Assembly: GCA_050953835.1 (NCBI GenBank)
Contig: JBMNNH010000017.1
Coordinates: 11,874 to 75,873, forward strand
DNA from: Acetivibrionales bacterium
Lineage (GTDB): Bacteria; Bacillota; Clostridia; Acetivibrionales; JBMNNH01
Direction of reading: 5' to 3'
DNA: 64,000 bases
The position numbers and the translations under genes are program-made. Of this stretch, positions 62,561 to 64,000 are shown in pieces. The notes below the pieces were generated by a model. It ran no database searches, was not told the origin of the DNA, and was given only the letters and a program-made list of their open reading frames with translations. Position 1 is the stretch's first letter. Every line of letters begins with the position of its first letter.

Positions 62561-64000
<1,440 letters not shown>

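Overview
AT-rich Firmicutes (Clostridia-like, inferred) chromosomal segment, transcribed almost entirely on the minus strand and dominated by conserved housekeeping genes. The core (25.5-42.0 kb) is the classical rif/str region: rpmG-secE-nusG-rplK-rplA-rplJ-rplL-rpoB-rpoC-(L7Ae family)-rpsL-rpsG-fusA-tuf.

Flanking genes, in order:
- class A PBP (5' truncated), proB, a three-gene archaeal-type homocysteine/sulfide-assimilation cluster (UPF0280 + NIL-ferredoxin + DUF39), LOG
- an Asp-to-Asn pseudo-receiver, a split chromate-transporter pair, pflB-pflA, mecA
- VanW / PRC-barrel / repeat-protein envelope genes, a membrane PP2C phosphatase, lon
- class II aldolase, a soluble MCP with a CZB domain, a PfkB kinase
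- ilvD-ilvB, cvpA, a YkvI-family membrane protein, a GldA/F/G-like ABC system with DUF4340
- a P-type Ca ATPase, ytaF, an Orn/Lys/Arg decarboxylase, MgtC, a GH18 spore-type hydrolase, groEL (5' truncated)

I saw no CRISPR array, transposase, integrase, prophage, toxin-antitoxin or recognisable defence genes, and no tRNA or rRNA. I cannot point to a convincing novel multi-gene system.

What ordinary annotation does not explain:
1. A dispersed, same-orientation intergenic repeat family (5 full or partial copies) carrying SD-like / anti-SD-like tracts and a hairpin module.
2. Two unannotated tiny transmembrane ORFs (37 and 52 aa) below the ORF-track cutoff.
3. The methanogen-type homocysteine cluster in a bacterium.
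4. A structured about 220 nt leader in front of the YkvI-family gene.
5. Unusually long or structured spacers inside the ribosomal operons.

All calls rest on reading the sequence, protein motifs and memory of protein families. No database search was run. Start codons were chosen by RBS inspection and may be off by a few codons.
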